DNA from: Tubiluchus corallicola
Lineage: Eukaryota > Animalia > Priapulida
Assembly: GCA_030141605.1 (NCBI GenBank)
Contig: JAQGDQ010000435.1
Coordinates: 133,996-197,995 of the forward strand
Direction of reading: 5' to 3'
DNA: 64,000 bases
Position numbers and translations under genes: made by a program. Within the stretch, counting starts at the first letter, position 1; the number at the start of each line of letters is the position of its first letter. This document shows, in pieces, positions 60,896-64,000 of this stretch. The notes below the pieces were generated by a model. The model ran no database searches. It saw nothing but the letters and a program-made list of their open reading frames with translations, and had not been told where the DNA came from.

Positions 60896-62501
60896 GCAGC
60901 TGAGAAGAGAGGTGCAAATGATTAAAGCAGATAAAGCAAAGACAACCTACAAAGTGGGTATTAGCATTTACCCGTGAATTACAAGTTCACATTCTACAAG
61001 TCTAGAAGTTTACAATCAGTTATTGCGTAGAGCAAGCCAAGTACACGGGGATTAATAGCTTATTGGAACACACTGTCATTGGGATGCGTGTCTATCTTGT
61101 ATAATTGCAAGAATTATAACTGCAGACAGCGCTCAATTGCACGGTAATTATTGTACTATTACGTGAAAAGTAAACAACAAACAAAATAGGTCATTATTGC
61201 CTTGCCAATCATGGATTAACATGGTTGATGTAAATCCCCATGGTGTTCTATGTATTCTTATTATAGCACATACAGGCAGTGTAGGCACGATCGAACTAGG
61301 TACCTTGAATAACGTGACACAAGTGTGCAATCCGCTGTCAAATCCGTGGCTTGTTCTTTAATTTCATCTGTAATAATTATTATAGTTGTTAAAAACTGTT
61401 TATGATTGCATTTTGTAAATTTTGGAGAATAGCATGATAATAATTATAATATTGCCTTGAAATTCTGGCAGATAATATGGGCACAGGCAACTTCTTATCT
61501 AGTGATTTCTGGTAATGTTTCTTTTTACGTGTTTTGAACTCAACTCGATCCTCAGGAAAGAAGAGAGCTGACACAGAGTAGAAAACTGTTCAAGAGGTGT
61601 TTAGACTAGCCAGTTAACAGAAAGGCTGGTATTAATGTCGCAAGTCTATCATCAAAATTTCTGAACTTTTACATTGTTTTTAGCAACATTTGAATAAGGA
61701 TTATAACTTGAAATCATCTACATGTTGTGGTGGAATACCTGTCCTGTACAGAGTAAAGTGAATTTTGGCGGCGTGTACTGGAGTAGCTGCAAACGGTTTT
61801 TTTAAGTTCTAGAAACAAACTTCACTAAATCAGACAAGTAGATTTCTCACTGCACCATGCAGAATCAGCACGCATAAGGATAAGACCGGGACCAGTTGTG
61901 CAGCCAGGTCTCCTGTGACCACAATCCTTTTGTCTGTTATAGGTATCGTATACTCCGTTCACAATTTAAAGGTTTGAGTCTAAACTCGGTCTGTACCAAT
62001 TCTGTACCGAGTACGTCCAGTTTATGCAGACTGACCACGTCTAGACAGATGTTTGCATTCATTACAGAGAATTTAAAAGCGCACATTTGTGCATCACTGC
62101 GTTCTTTATTGTTTTTAATACACATTTTTCTTATTAGGCAGAACAGCGACCAAGACACTTTCCATGTCGTACTTAGTTGACATTACACAGTCCGAATTCC
62201 TGCAAAAGTTCAGTCTGTATTGCGACCCACGTTAATGAAGCAAATCGAGTCTGATCTGAGTCTGCAATCTCTGGATTCTGGAATAGATTTGACACTGTAA
62301 ATTGTGAATCAGCACAGTTTGAGATTTTGCAAGGATATATATAATTATGCTATTCTTAGTTTAAATCTCTTGTGAAATTATGGTATGTCCTTTTGCCCAG
62401 GCACTGGTGCGCTTGGACTGAAATACTGTAATCCTGCTGCTTTGACTGATCTGCACTGACTTAATGCTGTATTTCACCAAGAGGTTGGTCATTCAGTCAA
62501 C

Positions 62502-64000
62502 ATGACAATATTCCGAGTGATTTCAGCACTAACGCTGATAATAGTAAGTATAAAAGTAATTTTATTCAATCTGTGCAAAATGCAATTGTAGACATAACAA
62601 ATTACATCTTTTATTGAAAACATTTTTATACAGTTCGGAATAGGAACCTGACCCTACTGAAACTGGATGTATGTGGTTGAGCAGTCGCAAAGCCAGACGC
62701 CGTTCTCACTACCACACAAATATACAAAACATCGCGTGTATTTTACAAATGCAATCTGCCCCGACTCCTCGAATTCGATGAAAACAATTTTTGAGAGAGT
62801 TATTGTCACGGAAGAAACGATGTTACCCATTTAACTTATGAACACTTCACGCATTGTTTTCAAAACTCATAGAATCCTAGAATACTGGCAAATTTGTTTT
62901 TGAATTTAACTTTTTATTTTGTATAGTATAACACATACAATCACACACGAATTCGTGTAATCAGTGTTTTTGTTAATATTACTGATCATCTTTTTCTTTA
63001 TAGGTTATTTCAGAAGCACATCTAGATTTTCATACACATGTGCACACATACAGCAGTGGTGGCACATGGAGCAAAGGTACTAAAGGAGGTGGAGGTGGAG
63101 GTGGCTACGGTAGAAGAATGAAAGAAGATGGAGAAGGTTATGGTGGAGAAATGAAAGGAGGTGGAGGCGGCTATGGTGGAAGAATGAAAGGAGGTGGAGG
63201 AATGAAAGGTGGTGGAGGTTATGGTAGTGTAATGAAAGGAGGTGGAGGCGGCTATGGTGGAAGAATGAAAGGAGGTGGAGGAATGAAAGGTGGTGGAGGT
63301 TATGGTAGTGTAATGAAAGGAGGTGGAGGCGGCTATGGTGGAAGAATGAAAGGAGGTGGAGGAATGAAAGGTGGTGGAGGCGGCTACGGTGGTGGAATGA
63401 AAGGAGGTGGAGGCGGCTATGGTGGAGGAATGAAAGGAGGTGGAGGAGGCTATGGTGGAGGAATGAAAGGTGGTGGAGGAGGCTATGGTGGTGGAGGAAT
63501 GAAAGGAGTTGGAGGAGGCTATGGTGGAAGAATGAAAGGAGGTGGAGGAGGCTATGGTGGAAGAATGAAAGGAGGTAGAGAAATGAAAGGTGGTGGAAGT
63601 TATGGTGGCAGAATGAAAGGAGGTGGAGGCGGCTATGGTGGAAGAATGAAAGGTGGTGGAGGTGGCTATGGTGGAGGAATGAAAGGAGGTGGAGGAGGCT
63701 ATGGTGGAAGAATGAAAGGTGGTGGAATGAAAGGAGGTGGAGGTGGCTATGGTGGAAGAATGAAAGGTGGAGGAGGCTATGGTGGAGCAATGAAAGGAGG
63801 CAGTGGAATGAAAGGTGGGAGCAGCTATGGTGGAGGAAGGAAAGGAGGTGGGGGGAGAATGAAAGGAGGTGGTGGAGGTTATGGTGGTGGAATGAAAGGA
63901 AGTGGAGGCGGCTATGGTGGAGGGATGAAAGGAGGTGCTGGAGGCTATGGAGGAAGAATGAAAGGCCGCAGTGGAGGTTATGCTGGTGGAATGAAAGGAG
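62502..64000 (+). CDS. Secreted Gly/Tyr/Met/Lys-rich repeat protein, (GGGGYGGxMK)n; exons 62502-62543 and 63004 to beyond 64000; truncated by the window end and absent from the ORF track
   Basis: The mini-exon MTIFRVISALTLII plus GTAAGT splices in phase 0 to tttatAG|GTTATTTCAGAAGCA. This gives signal peptide ...IIVISEA, then HLDFHTHVHTYSSGGTWSKG and an open Gly-rich frame to the end of the window. Confidence 0.88.

Noticed and set aside
62630-62720. Minus-strand segment with weak A-box/B-box resemblance (tRNA or SINE head)
   Set aside because: No cloverleaf could be formed and the B-box (GGTTCCTATTCC) is imperfect. At most this is a decayed SINE.
63080-63790. His/Leu-rich 236-aa minus-strand ORF
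   Set aside because: It is the antisense shadow of the plus-strand GGYGGxMK gene, which has a supported signal-peptide exon.

Overview
AT-rich, intron-containing genomic DNA from an invertebrate animal. The taxon cannot be fixed from sequence alone. No rRNA, tRNA or CRISPR array is supported. In order, the window holds: (1) the 3' exons of a pentraxin-domain gene with an apparent frameshift; (2) a three-gene tandem family at 8.4-19.4 kb whose members carry 1, 0 and 18 doublecortin (DCX)-like domains, all end in the same unrecognised Trp-rich C-terminal motif, and each has an RFX X-box-like site just upstream of a putative first exon; (3) SLC12A8 (3 coding exons) and EMC7 (2 exons, minus strand); (4) an ankyrin-repeat cGAS-like (Mab-21/cGLR) nucleotidyltransferase with intact catalytic motifs and an intronless CDS; (5) a two-exon extracellular LRR protein with a piggyBac-type MITE in its intron; (6) a two-TM PY-motif protein; (7) three co-oriented secreted low-complexity proteins (Asn-Gly-rich, GGYGGSS-repeat and GGYGGxMK-repeat, the last running off the window). 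Compound microsatellites, a 37-bp minisatellite and decayed transposon remnants lie between genes. The best candidates for new biology are the putative ciliary DCX-polymer gene family, the ANK-cGLR and the secreted Gly/Tyr structural-protein cluster. All splice models and motif counts were made by eye.
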